NCBI RefSeq assembly: GCF_007748075.1 | Contig: NZ_CP036280.1 | Location: forward strand, 1,770,001 to 1,802,000 | Source of the DNA: Mucisphaera calidilacus | GTDB taxonomy: Bacteria > Planctomycetota > Phycisphaerae > Phycisphaerales > Phycisphaeraceae | Direction: 5' to 3' | DNA length: 32,000 nt | Shown: one piece after another, positions 1 to 8,600 of the stretch | Layout: the number at the start of each line of letters is the position of its first letter | How positions within the stretch are numbered: position 1 is the first letter of the stretch | The notes under the pieces: model-generated | Database searches by the model: none | Seen by the model: the letters and a program-made list of their open reading frames with translations, nothing else | What the model was told of the DNA's origin: nothing | Translations under genes and position numbers: made by a program

Positions 1-99
1 GTCCTCAAACGAGAACAGCAGCATGTCCGCCGACGCCGAGACCGTCAGTCCCGCGACCGCGATTGCGGCCAGTGCCATTACGTTTCTTTCTCCAAACAT
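1..99 (-). CDS. 5' end of a secreted-protein gene running off the left edge (partial)
   Basis: The reverse strand has ATG at 99..97, then MFGERNVMALAAIAVAGLTVSASADMLLFSFED... The A/L/V-rich core ending in ASA looks like a Sec signal peptide. AGGAGG (plus-strand cctcct, 105..110) lies 5 nt upstream of the ATG. It is absent from the ORF track because it is open at the window edge. Confidence 0.45.
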   Translation of the reverse strand, partial: MFGERNVMALAAIAVAGLTVSASADMLLFSFED

Positions 100-195
100 G
101 TGATCCTCCTTCATGGATTGGTGGCCCAAGACAGGCCTGTGACTCTGTGAAACGTGCATGAATCTATCCGAGAGCAACACGCTCCCGGCTCCTTG

Positions 196-1233
196 TCATG
201 GTTGGACGGGGGGCGGCCCGACGCTGAGCGAAGGCTCGATCGCGTAGGCGACCGCGCGCGGCGAACGTGTCGCCATCCCCTGGGTAATCTCGGCGTGGAG
301 TACCTCCACCGCCGCCTGCCCCACCTGTGCAAAGGGCGTGATCAACGTCGTCACGGGAAGCCCCGTGTGGTTGCGCATCATGTCCGACCCGAAACAGATC
401 AGCGACAGGTCCTCCGGAATCCGCAGCCCCAGGCTCGTCGCTGCATTCCAGATCGCGATCGTCTCGTGGCGCTCGTAGCAGATGATCGCCGTGGGCCGAT
501 CCGGCCCCTCCAGCAGAGCGCGGGCCTTGGCCGGAGCCTCACCGGTCACGAAGCCGTCCGAGATCTCGGTCTCGAAGGGATCGAACCCGGCCTCCTGAAC
601 CGCTGAGATAAAGCCGTCGCAGCGATCATGAACCGAGTAGTGGATATAGCCGTCCGCCGCGTGATAGCTAACGTAGGCGATCTTCTGATGCCCTTGCTCC
701 AGCAGGTGCTGGGCAGCTAGACGGCCGCCCGCGAAGTCGTTCGGATAGACACAGTTATGTGCTTTTTTGGCATTGAGCCAGACATACGGGATGCTCAGGT
801 CACGGATGCGCTGGAGCGTCGTGTCGGGCATCTCGTAGAGGTACTCGATCAGCAGGCCATCCACGGTGTACTCGTTAAGGACCTGCGGGATCGATTCCGC
901 GTCCTCGAACCCCTGCATCGGCAGCTCGCACATCAGCAGCCGATCGCCGGTCTCAGCCAGGCCGCGCTGGATGCCGTGCAGCAAGGAGACCTCGAAGATG
1001 TCGGCACCCGGCTCCGAGCAGCTCAGGAAGCCGATGCAGCCGAAACGCCCGGTCCGCACTGTTCGTGCCGCCTGATTGGGCCTGTAGCCATGATCGATGG
1101 CGATCTGGCGGATCAACTGACTCCGCTTCACGGCAGACGGGCGATTTTCCTTGTTCTTCCCGTTGAGCACACGCGAGACCGTCCCCGCGGAAACACCGGC
1201 CTTTTCTGCGATCTGTGCAATCGTGATGCTCAT
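196..1233 (-). CDS. LacI/GalR-family transcriptional regulator
   Basis: 345-aa ORF. The N-terminus MSITIAQIAEKAGVSAGTVSRVLNG... is the canonical LacI-type helix-turn-helix, followed by a ~280-aa sugar-binding-type body. It is divergent from the GH130/sulfatase pair. Confidence 0.93.
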   Translation of the reverse strand: MSITIAQIAEKAGVSAGTVSRVLNGKNKENRPSAVKRSQLIRQIAIDHGYRPNQAARTVRTGRFGCIGFLSCSEPGADIFEVSLLHGIQRGLAETGDRLLMCELPMQGFEDAESIPQVLNEYTVDGLLIEYLYEMPDTTLQRIRDLSIPYVWLNAKKAHNCVYPNDFAGGRLAAQHLLEQGHQKIAYVSYHAADGYIHYSVHDRCDGFISAVQEAGFDPFETEISDGFVTGEAPAKARALLEGPDRPTAIICYERHETIAIWNAATSLGLRIPEDLSLICFGSDMMRNHTGLPVTTLITPFAQVGQAAVEVLHAEITQGMATRSPRAVAYAIEPSLSVGPPPVQP

Positions 1234-1297
1234 GGGAATGACTCGATCCGAATGACTTGAAGCGACCTGCTGGTTCCCGCCTGCCGGCGGTACTTTT

Positions 1298-1311
1298 TGA
1301 AAACGTTTCTA
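1298..1311. promoter_or_regulatory. Candidate LacI-family operator (tgaaaacgtttcta)
   Basis: The AT-richer divergent intergenic region 1234..1562 contains TGAAAACGTTTCTA, with a perfect AAACGTTT core centred on CG. It is close to the generic LacI/CcpA-type pattern TGnnAnCGnTnnCA. Half-sites match 4/6 by hand. Confidence 0.3.
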
Positions 1312-1562
1312 TTTTGAATCACGGAACCACTTCTGTCAAGGCCATGCACCAAGAATATTCGCCATAAACGCTACAATTATAGATATTCTGAGCCACATTC
1401 CGCGTCCCGGTGCGCAGAATAACGAATATGACGCCTTAATCATCGATAACGATTGCAATTTCTCCCCTCTATGATAATCTCTTCATGGCAGACGACCGTT
1501 CGGACGGCATCCGCAGAATCCGTCTCTTGGCCAACAGGCTTCTTATTTAAACGAGTATCCCC

Positions 1563-2579
1563 ATGACGAATCTCGCAACCCCACCCCTCACCCCTTCGAA
1601 CGCCGCGGCACCGATCCCCTGGGAAGACCGCCCCGCCGTGTCCACTGAGGTCCTCTGGCGGTACTCCGCCAACCCCGTCATCCCACGCGACCTCATCCCG
1701 ACCTCCAACAGCATCTTTAACAGTGCCGTCGTGCGTTACGGCGACGCCTTCGCCGGCGTCTTCCGCGCCGACAGCAACACGCGCAAGATGCAACTCCACG
1801 CCGGACGCTCCGCCGATGCGGTCAACTGGGAACTCGACCACGAGCCGATAAGTTTTCTCTGCGACGACGACGAGGTCGGTAACTTTGTCTACGGCTACGA
1901 CCCCCGCGTCGTCTGGATCGAGGACCGCTACTGGATCACATGGTGCAACGGCTACCACGGCCCCACCATCGGCGTCGGCTACACCCACGACTTCAAGACC
2001 TTCCACCAGATCGAGAACGCCTACCTGCCCTTCAACCGCAACGGCGTGCTCTTCCCCCGCAAGATCAACGATGCCTACGTGATGCTCAGCCGCCCCTCGG
2101 ACAACGGGCACACGCCCTTCGGCGAGATCTTTGTCTCGCACAGCCCCGACATGATCCACTGGGGGCGACACCGCCACGTCATGAAACCCGAGCAGCCCTG
2201 GGAATGGACCAAGATCGGCGCCGGGCCCATCCCCATCGAAACCCCTGAGGGCTGGCTCATCTTCTATCACGGCGTCCTCACTTCCTGCAACGGTTACGTC
2301 TACAGCTTCGGCGCGGCACTCCTCGACCTCGACGAGCCCTGGAAGGTCCTCTATCGCGGGGCTCCCTACCTGATCTCGCCGCAGCGCGATTACGAGTGCG
2401 TGGGCGACGTCCCTAATGTCACCTTCCCCTGCGCCGCACTCCACGACGAACCCACCGGCCGCCTCGCGATCTACTACGGGGCCGCCGACACCGTCACCGC
2501 GCTGGCCTTCGGGTACGTCGACGAGGTCATCGACTTCGTGAAGTCCACCCATCAGGACAACCCGGTCAGCCAGGTCTGA
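1563..2579 (+). CDS. Glycoside hydrolase family 130 protein (beta-mannoside phosphorylase/hydrolase type)
   Basis: 338-aa ORF with no signal peptide. Motifs typical of GH130 (formerly DUF377): [87 protein letters not shown]. Strongly C-ending codon usage. Confidence 0.87.
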   Translation: MTNLATPPLTPSNAAAPIPWEDRPAVSTEVLWRYSANPVIPRDLIPTSNSIFNSAVVRYGDAFAGVFRADSNTRKMQLHAGRSADAVNWELDHEPISFLCDDDEVGNFVYGYDPRVVWIEDRYWITWCNGYHGPTIGVGYTHDFKTFHQIENAYLPFNRNGVLFPRKINDAYVMLSRPSDNGHTPFGEIFVSHSPDMIHWGRHRHVMKPEQPWEWTKIGAGPIPIETPEGWLIFYHGVLTSCNGYVYSFGAALLDLDEPWKVLYRGAPYLISPQRDYECVGDVPNVTFPCAALHDEPTGRLAIYYGAADTVTALAFGYVDEVIDFVKSTHQDNPVSQV

Positions 2580-2659
2580 CCGCCCCGAATCATCAACAGG
2601 CGATGGGAGCGGGCCCGGCAAGGCTCGATGTCGCAGGCAACCACGAAGGAATACACGGC

Positions 2660-4462
2660 ATGCTTCGTCACAGCGCTCGCTGCGCAGCGACGGCGCTCAC
2701 CCTGACACTCGCCGTGTCAGGCTGCGTGTCGCACGACGCACAAACCGATGCGGATCAACGCCCCAACATCCTGCTCATCCTCACGGACGATCAGGGCTAC
2801 GGCGACCTCGCCCTCCACGGGAACCAGCACCTCGACACACCCAGGATGGACGCGCTCGGAAACGCGTCCGTCCGTCTTGACAACTTCCACGCTGCCCCCG
2901 TCTGCTCACCAACACGCGCTTCACTGATGACCGGACGCCAGTTTCTGAGCACGGGAGTCTGGGGTGTTCACGGCGGACGCGATTACCTGCATCTCGGCGA
3001 AACCACCATCGCCCAGCGACTCTCGGCCGCCGGCTACGCCACCTACATGATGGGCAAGTGGCATCTCGGTAAAAGTGCCGCCTACCTGCCCCATCAACGC
3101 GGCTTCGACGAGTCGTGGATGATCACGGACCGTCTCTACATGCACACGGACCCGGTCTTCAATCACAACGGGACCACCGAGAAGCCCAAGGGCTGGACCG
3201 CCGAGATCCTGACCGACCTCGCCATCGACTGCATGTCACGCGAACCCGACAAGCCATGGTTCATCTACCTTGCCCACCCGCTCATCCACGAACCCTATTT
3301 CGCGCCCGACGAGCTCGTCACGAAGTACCGGGCGATGGGCCTCTCCGAATCGCTGGCGACGCTCTACGCCATGACCGAACACCTCGACACCGAGGTGGGT
3401 CGCGTCGTTGACGCCGTCACCGACCGGCAGAATCAGCGTGAAACGATCGTCATATTCATGGGTGACAACGGCCCCATCGGCAACCCGTGGAACCTGCCCC
3501 ATCTGACCGTCGAGGAGATGCAACAGCGAAACCCCCGCGGCTGGCGCGGCACTAAGGGCAATCTCTACGAGAACGGGGCACGGGTTCCCGCTTTCGTCTA
3601 TGCCCCGGAACGCTACCAGCCACGCATCGAGCAGTCTGACACCGATGTCGTGGACATCGTGCCCACCATCCTCGATCTCGCGAGCCTGCCGCACAACGAC
3701 GCCACGTTCGACGGTCTCTCCCTCGTGCCCCTGCTCGAAGGCAAGCCCGACGCGCTTCCCGATCAACGCCCGCTCTTCATGGCCAACCACGACGCACGCT
3801 GGCCCTCGTGGTCTTACCTCTACAGCCACCTGCCCGATCGTGAAGCACTCCGATTTGAGGATCAGGCTGTCGCCGTGCGCGAGGGCCGCTACAAGTTCGT
3901 GCTCGGCTACGGTTCGTCCGCACTCTACGACCTGGCCCTCGATACCGCGGAGCAGCAAGATATCTCAGACCAGCAGCCCGACGTCCGCGACCGCCTCGAA
4001 TCCACGCTCCGGGCGTGGTGGGAAGAGCGGGTTGCCGCCATGCCCGCCAGCTACCACATGCCCACTTTCCAGATCGGTCTGGACAACGCCCCCAGCACCT
4101 ACCTCTACGCCTGCGCTCCGGTCACTGTCCGAGGCGGGGTCCGCACCGCCAGCCACGCCGTGCACGACTGGCAGCAGGATGGCGACGCGATCGGTCTGTC
4201 GGTCAACGTCCTGCGGCCGGGCGCCTACAGCTTGCGTGCCGATCTGGTCGCTGGTGACAACCCCTCAGGATCCCTCACGGTGCGCATCGGTGATGCCACG
4301 ACGACGGCACCGATCAGCGAAATACGCTGGCCAACGATCGGAACCCTCGAACTCCCCGCAGACGAAAACATCATGTGGATCAGCCTCGACCACCCCGGGG
4401 TCGCTGACTCGCCGGTCATTCAAGAGTTGCGTGGTATAGAAATCACCCCAGCTCCACGTTGA
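2660..4462 (+). CDS. Formylglycine-dependent sulfatase, probable lipoprotein, with extra C-terminal beta-sandwich-like domain
   Basis: The ORF track gives 2603..4462. The ATG at 2660 is preceded by GAAGGA and yields MLRHSARCAATALTLTLAVSGC, a signal peptide plus a lipobox-like LAVSGC. Sulfatase signatures are LLILTDDQGYGD and the C-x-P-x-R motif CSPTRASLMTGR (Cys codon 2903..2905). About 150 extra residues follow the catalytic fold. Confidence 0.92.
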   Translation: MLRHSARCAATALTLTLAVSGCVSHDAQTDADQRPNILLILTDDQGYGDLALHGNQHLDTPRMDALGNASVRLDNFHAAPVCSPTRASLMTGRQFLSTGVWGVHGGRDYLHLGETTIAQRLSAAGYATYMMGKWHLGKSAAYLPHQRGFDESWMITDRLYMHTDPVFNHNGTTEKPKGWTAEILTDLAIDCMSREPDKPWFIYLAHPLIHEPYFAPDELVTKYRAMGLSESLATLYAMTEHLDTEVGRVVDAVTDRQNQRETIVIFMGDNGPIGNPWNLPHLTVEEMQQRNPRGWRGTKGNLYENGARVPAFVYAPERYQPRIEQSDTDVVDIVPTILDLASLPHNDATFDGLSLVPLLEGKPDALPDQRPLFMANHDARWPSWSYLYSHLPDREALRFEDQAVAVREGRYKFVLGYGSSALYDLALDTAEQQDISDQQPDVRDRLESTLRAWWEERVAAMPASYHMPTFQIGLDNAPSTYLYACAPVTVRGGVRTASHAVHDWQQDGDAIGLSVNVLRPGAYSLRADLVAGDNPSGSLTVRIGDATTTAPISEIRWPTIGTLELPADENIMWISLDHPGVADSPVIQELRGIEITPAPR

Positions 4463-4572
4463 ATTCAGGTTCATCGAGACTGCAGATTCTGGCACGATCC
4501 ACGCCATGGGTTAGGCATGCTCCCACACAAGCGAGGACGCAACGCGAGATCCTGAAATCGATGGATCAGTTC

Positions 4573-5613
4573 CTAAATTGTGGCCTTGGGTCGGAGTTGT
4601 CGTTGATGGGTCGCAGACAACAACAGCATCAACAACGCGCCTCCAGGCTCGGGAACGGACGCTGCGTACTCGTTAGTTCTGGTCTCGATGGTAAGCCCGA
4701 GCTCGGTATCGGCATCCGGCGGGCTCGTCGCCAGGGGTGCCGCCCGCAGAAAATGACTGGCCAGAACAGAGAGATCCAGAAGGTCAACGGTCAGATCAAG
4801 ATTGAAGTTGGCACCGGCCCACCCGGCGGTCTGCTGGAAGTAGGTGGCAAGAAGTGAAAGGTCGAGGAGATTCACCTCACCGTCGAGGTTGGCGTCGCCG
4901 GGGATCGTGCCCAGCACCTCGGTGATCATGAAGGACAGGTCGTCGCTATCGACTACGCCGGAGTCATCGAGATCGAACGCGGGGTCTGGGCTGCCAGCGC
5001 GAATACCGGCAACCAGCAGGTCGATATCGCTGGCATCAACTTCGTCGTCCTGATTGAGGTCGCCCGGCAAGCCTGACAGCGGCGTCAGCTCGATCCAGCC
5101 GTCGATAATCGTCGGAACGATCGGTCCGAAGTTGGTGGGGTTGTTGATTGTCTGAGACAGGATCAGCGGGAACGGCCCGTCATCTGCGAAGAAGCCGTTC
5201 GTGTCGATCACCAGCGTCGCCAACAAACCGTCAGCAAGAACATTACTTGAGAGCGTGGTCGTCGAATAGAAGGCGACCTGAGGAACGAGAATACCTGAGG
5301 CCGAGCCAAGTCCCGTGTTATTGCTCTCGAAGATGGTGCCGGTGAGGATATCGACACCCGTGATGGAGGGCGCGTCCGTGCCCCCTGCTTCGGGTCCGCC
5401 GTCGCCGATCTGGATGTTGAGGTTGACCCCCTGCACACGGGTGACACTCGTCTGCGCATAGATCTCGAAGGTCTGACCGGTGGTGTTCTCCAGCAACTCG
5501 ATCGTGCCGATCTCGGTCACGCTGTCGGGTCCGTGGATCGTAATCTGGGCGTGGCCCGAACGGGCTGACGCGAGCAGGATAATGGTGGTCAGGATGCGGG
5601 TAAGCGTACTCAT
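4573..5613 (-). CDS. Secreted PEP-CTERM protein: signal peptide, cohesin-like beta-sandwich region, two pairs of dockerin-like Ca-loop repeats, PEP-CTERM anchor
   Basis: 346 aa. Signal peptide MSTLTRILTTIILLASARSGHA. Residues ~23-178 have a cohesin-like pattern (GQTFEIYAQTS..VQGVNLNIQ..., DGLLATLVIDTNGF..GPFPLIL); this call is weak. Dockerin-like repeats: GDLNQDDEVDASDIDLLVAGI, DLDDSGVVDSDDLSFMI, GDANLDGEVNLLDLSLLATYF, ANFNLDLTVDLLDLSVLASHF (nt 4750..5064). The C-terminus VPEPGGALLMLLLSATHQRQLR is a PEP-CTERM motif plus TM segment plus basic tail (nt 4576..4656). Its ATG overlaps the giant ORF stop. Confidence 0.85.
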   Translation of the reverse strand: MSTLTRILTTIILLASARSGHAQITIHGPDSVTEIGTIELLENTTGQTFEIYAQTSVTRVQGVNLNIQIGDGGPEAGGTDAPSITGVDILTGTIFESNNTGLGSASGILVPQVAFYSTTTLSSNVLADGLLATLVIDTNGFFADDGPFPLILSQTINNPTNFGPIVPTIIDGWIELTPLSGLPGDLNQDDEVDASDIDLLVAGIRAGSPDPAFDLDDSGVVDSDDLSFMITEVLGTIPGDANLDGEVNLLDLSLLATYFQQTAGWAGANFNLDLTVDLLDLSVLASHFLRAAPLATSPPDADTELGLTIETRTNEYAASVPEPGGALLMLLLSATHQRQLRPKATI

Positions 5614-8600
5614 CAGCGGCCTCTCCCTGCCACGAGGTTCTCAAGCCGATCGAGCACCTCTGTGTTGGCGTGACGCCATCGGTCGAAGGGCGTGACACGC
5701 AGCGTGTCAAACAGGCCGAGTCGACCGCCCCGCTCGCGGGCCAGGCGTACGGGCTGCGTCCTGTCCACAGATACCTCCGTGCGGCGGCTGAACCAGTCAG
5801 AGGCAAAGTCATCGGGCACATCCGGCTCATCAGGAGGCGGTGCCGCGGCCGCGTGGGTGGTCTCGGCTTCACCAGGCGGCGGGAAGACGAGCGTGTCGTT
5901 GTCGGCGATGAGGAAGGTGTCGTAGTCGTTGGTCTGCCCGATGAGGGTGGGCGTGATGAAGTAGTTGACACGCAAGATGCTGATGTTGCTGTTGCCGGAG
6001 GCGATGTCGTCGAGTTGGACGTAAGCAATCTCGGTCTCCTCGCGGAGCCTGTCATCGACGGGGTTGATAGAGAACGTGGCCGACGTGGACCCGGCGGGGA
6101 TCGTGACGCTCGTGGGCAGGTGGTAGTCGCTGCCTTCTGTGGCTTCGGGATAGAGCGAGATCAGCGGACGCGGCGCGTCCGAGCCCAGGTTGATGACGGT
6201 GTCGGTGGTGGAGACACGGCTCTGCGTGACGAGGAAGGACGCGGGGTTCCTGATGAACGACTCGGCCGCCTGATTGTCGGTCGCGGTGATCGAGACGGTC
6301 GCGGTGTCCTGATCAAAGATGGAAACGGCCTCGACCCGGTCGAGGTCAAAGTCGACGTTGCTCGGGCCGGAGAGGCCGGTCATCTCGATCCAGATTGTTT
6401 CCGTGCCCTCAACGATGTTGTCGTTCTTGATCGTGATGTAGAGGTCTACGGAATGCGTGTTTGCGGGGATGGTGATGGTGCCGGACGGCAGGACGAAGTC
6501 ACTCCCGGCGGTCGCGGTCGATTGGCTCGTGACGGTGTAGTTGATGGTTACGGGCGAGGCCACGGAGGAAGCCGCGAAGGTTGGCGGGTTGGAGCGTATG
6601 TGGAAGAGCCTGAAGGTGAAGCGTGCGCTGGTGCCGTTACCCCCCGAGCCGTTGGGGTCGATGCCGGCCCGCGAGTCCTCGACGAGGATGAAGTGGGGGT
6701 CGTCGTTGTCGGTGATGGAGACGCGCGAGCGGATCGTGAGGTCACCCTTGAGGTTCTCGTCCGGAATAAATATATTGTCGTAATCGAGCGTTGCGGTAGT
6801 GACGTTGATGTAGGCGAACTCGCTGGGTTCGACGCGTGTGTTCTCGATGACCTGGATGCGGATCGTTCCGCTGCTCTCGCCGCTTTCAAGAACCAGTGCC
6901 GCGTTGACAAGACTGATGTCCGGGTCCGTTTCGGAGAAGAAGATGCGGACCTCGGCGTCGTTCGGGACGGCGTCGGTCAGGAAGATGGGCACATCGACAA
7001 ATCCATCACCCTCACCGACGGTGATGTCCGGGAAGACGATCTCGAGGCTGCGGCAGCCGTCGGGCATGAGTCCCGGAAGGTCGAGGCAGCCGGAGGGGAG
7101 CAGGCGGGCGGTGCCGTTCTCGGGCGTGATGCCGGGCAGGTTGAAGAAACCCTGAGCGGTGAACTCGGCCGTGAGCAGCGAGCCGTTGATGAAGGCGACG
7201 TCGACGGAGACGAAGGTGTCGAAGAGGTTGAGGCCGAGGACCTGAGCGAACATCTCGGCCGAGCCGCCGATGGTCAGGCTCGTTCCGGAGGCGATGAAGT
7301 TGAGCGTGCCGACAAGGGTCACGTCCGTGTCGTCGACGATGCCCGGATCGATCAGGATCGAGCCATCAAGGTCGAGTTCGAAGCTGTTGGAACTGACGAA
7401 GTTGCCGTTGATCGTCCTGCCGGAACCGGTCGTGTTGAAACGGAAGTCGGCCGACCCGTTGGCCGTGACGAGCCCACCAAACATCGACGACGACGCATCG
7501 AATCCGACGTAACCGTAGAGATCGATCACACCGCTTGTTGTTCGTGAGACGGTGACGTCACCGAACGACCCGAGATCGATGTCGATGGACTGGTTTCCCG
7601 ACTGGGATGAGAGTGTGCTGGAGCCCGAACCCGGGAGTGTGGCACCGGCTCGGATGACGGTCGGGATCAGGCCGTCGAAGTGGTCGCGGATCTCATCGGG
7701 CAGCCGGGCCTCGATGCCGAGTGAGCCGCTGACGTTGAGCCCGCTGGTATCGGAGAGCGCGATGATCCCCGTACCGCCGAGGGAGAAGATGTCCTCGAAT
7801 AAATCGACGCGAGCATCGCGCAGGCCGAGTTCGATGTAGCTGCCCGACCGGAAACTGATGGTCACGTCGATGTTGTCGGTGATGAAGTCCGGGATGGATC
7901 CCAGACTGCGTCCCATGTTGAAGGCGAGGTACGCCTCGCCGGTGACCTCGGCGACGTTGCGTACGCCGAAGCGACTCGCCTTGACGCCGAGATACCCGCC
8001 AACCGACGGATTGCTGGAGGAACCGCCAATCTCAAGGTAGGCACGCGCCCCCGCGGATCCGAAGAAGCCCATATCCGCGTTGGCGTCGACGAGCAGGTCG
8101 ATCTCGAAGGCGTCGCCTGTGATGGCGATCTGCGTGGCAAACAACCCGTTGAGGCCGACGTCGTAGGGAAGCTGATTGAGTTCAAGATTCCCGCGAGCAA
8201 ACAGGCGGATCGATTGCTCATCGAGAGTAAGCAGGCTCTGGAGGTCACTAGGCAGCGAAACGGGCGTGATGCCCGAGCCTGCGGGAACGCCGTCGAAACT
8301 GAAATCAATCGTTTGTACGTTCGAGCTCGAGTTGAACCCGAAGGCAAGGGTGGTGCCCGCGGAGGCGATAGCGAGGTTGGCGTTGGTGTCGAAGAGGATC
8401 CCGCCGTAGATGCCGTCGTCGACGAGTCGGGGGATCGGCCGACCGCCGATGTCGATGAAGGTCAGCTCGGTGGCCTTCTGGAGGGCCGCCGCGAAGGTCA
8501 CGTCGATGCCGACACTGTCCTGGAAGTTCGGCCCGAGGAAGTCGGCGAGCCCGTTGTCGCTGAGCGACCCCTCGCCGAAGACGACGACCCCGTCGTCGTT

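Noticed and set aside
1440-2621. 393-aa minus-strand ORF
   Set aside because: It is antisense to the GH130 gene, whose frame has clear family motifs. The product is G/V/D/A-rich noise.
3236-4439. ORFs 3236..3958 (-) and 3600..4439 (+) inside the sulfatase gene
   Set aside because: They are antisense or alternate frames of a gene with unambiguous sulfatase signatures.
4459-4857. 132-aa plus-strand ORF in and after the convergent gap
   Set aside because: It mostly lies antisense to the PEP-CTERM gene's 3' end and has no features. I also looked for a terminator hairpin in 4463..4572 and found none convincing.
5318-6055. 245-aa minus-strand ORF spanning the giant-ORF/PEP-CTERM gene junction
   Set aside because: It is an alternate frame of two well-supported genes. 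The product is a Ser/Thr/Pro/Arg-rich low-complexity sequence.
5670-7547. 625-aa plus-strand ORF, together with 8214..8879, 9255..10769, 12846..13811 and many shorter ones
   Set aside because: All lie antisense to the 13-kb giant ORF. They are R/G/V/D/E-rich with no recognisable motifs. These are typical shadow ORFs on the complement of a GC-rich gene whose sense frame carries identifiable domains.
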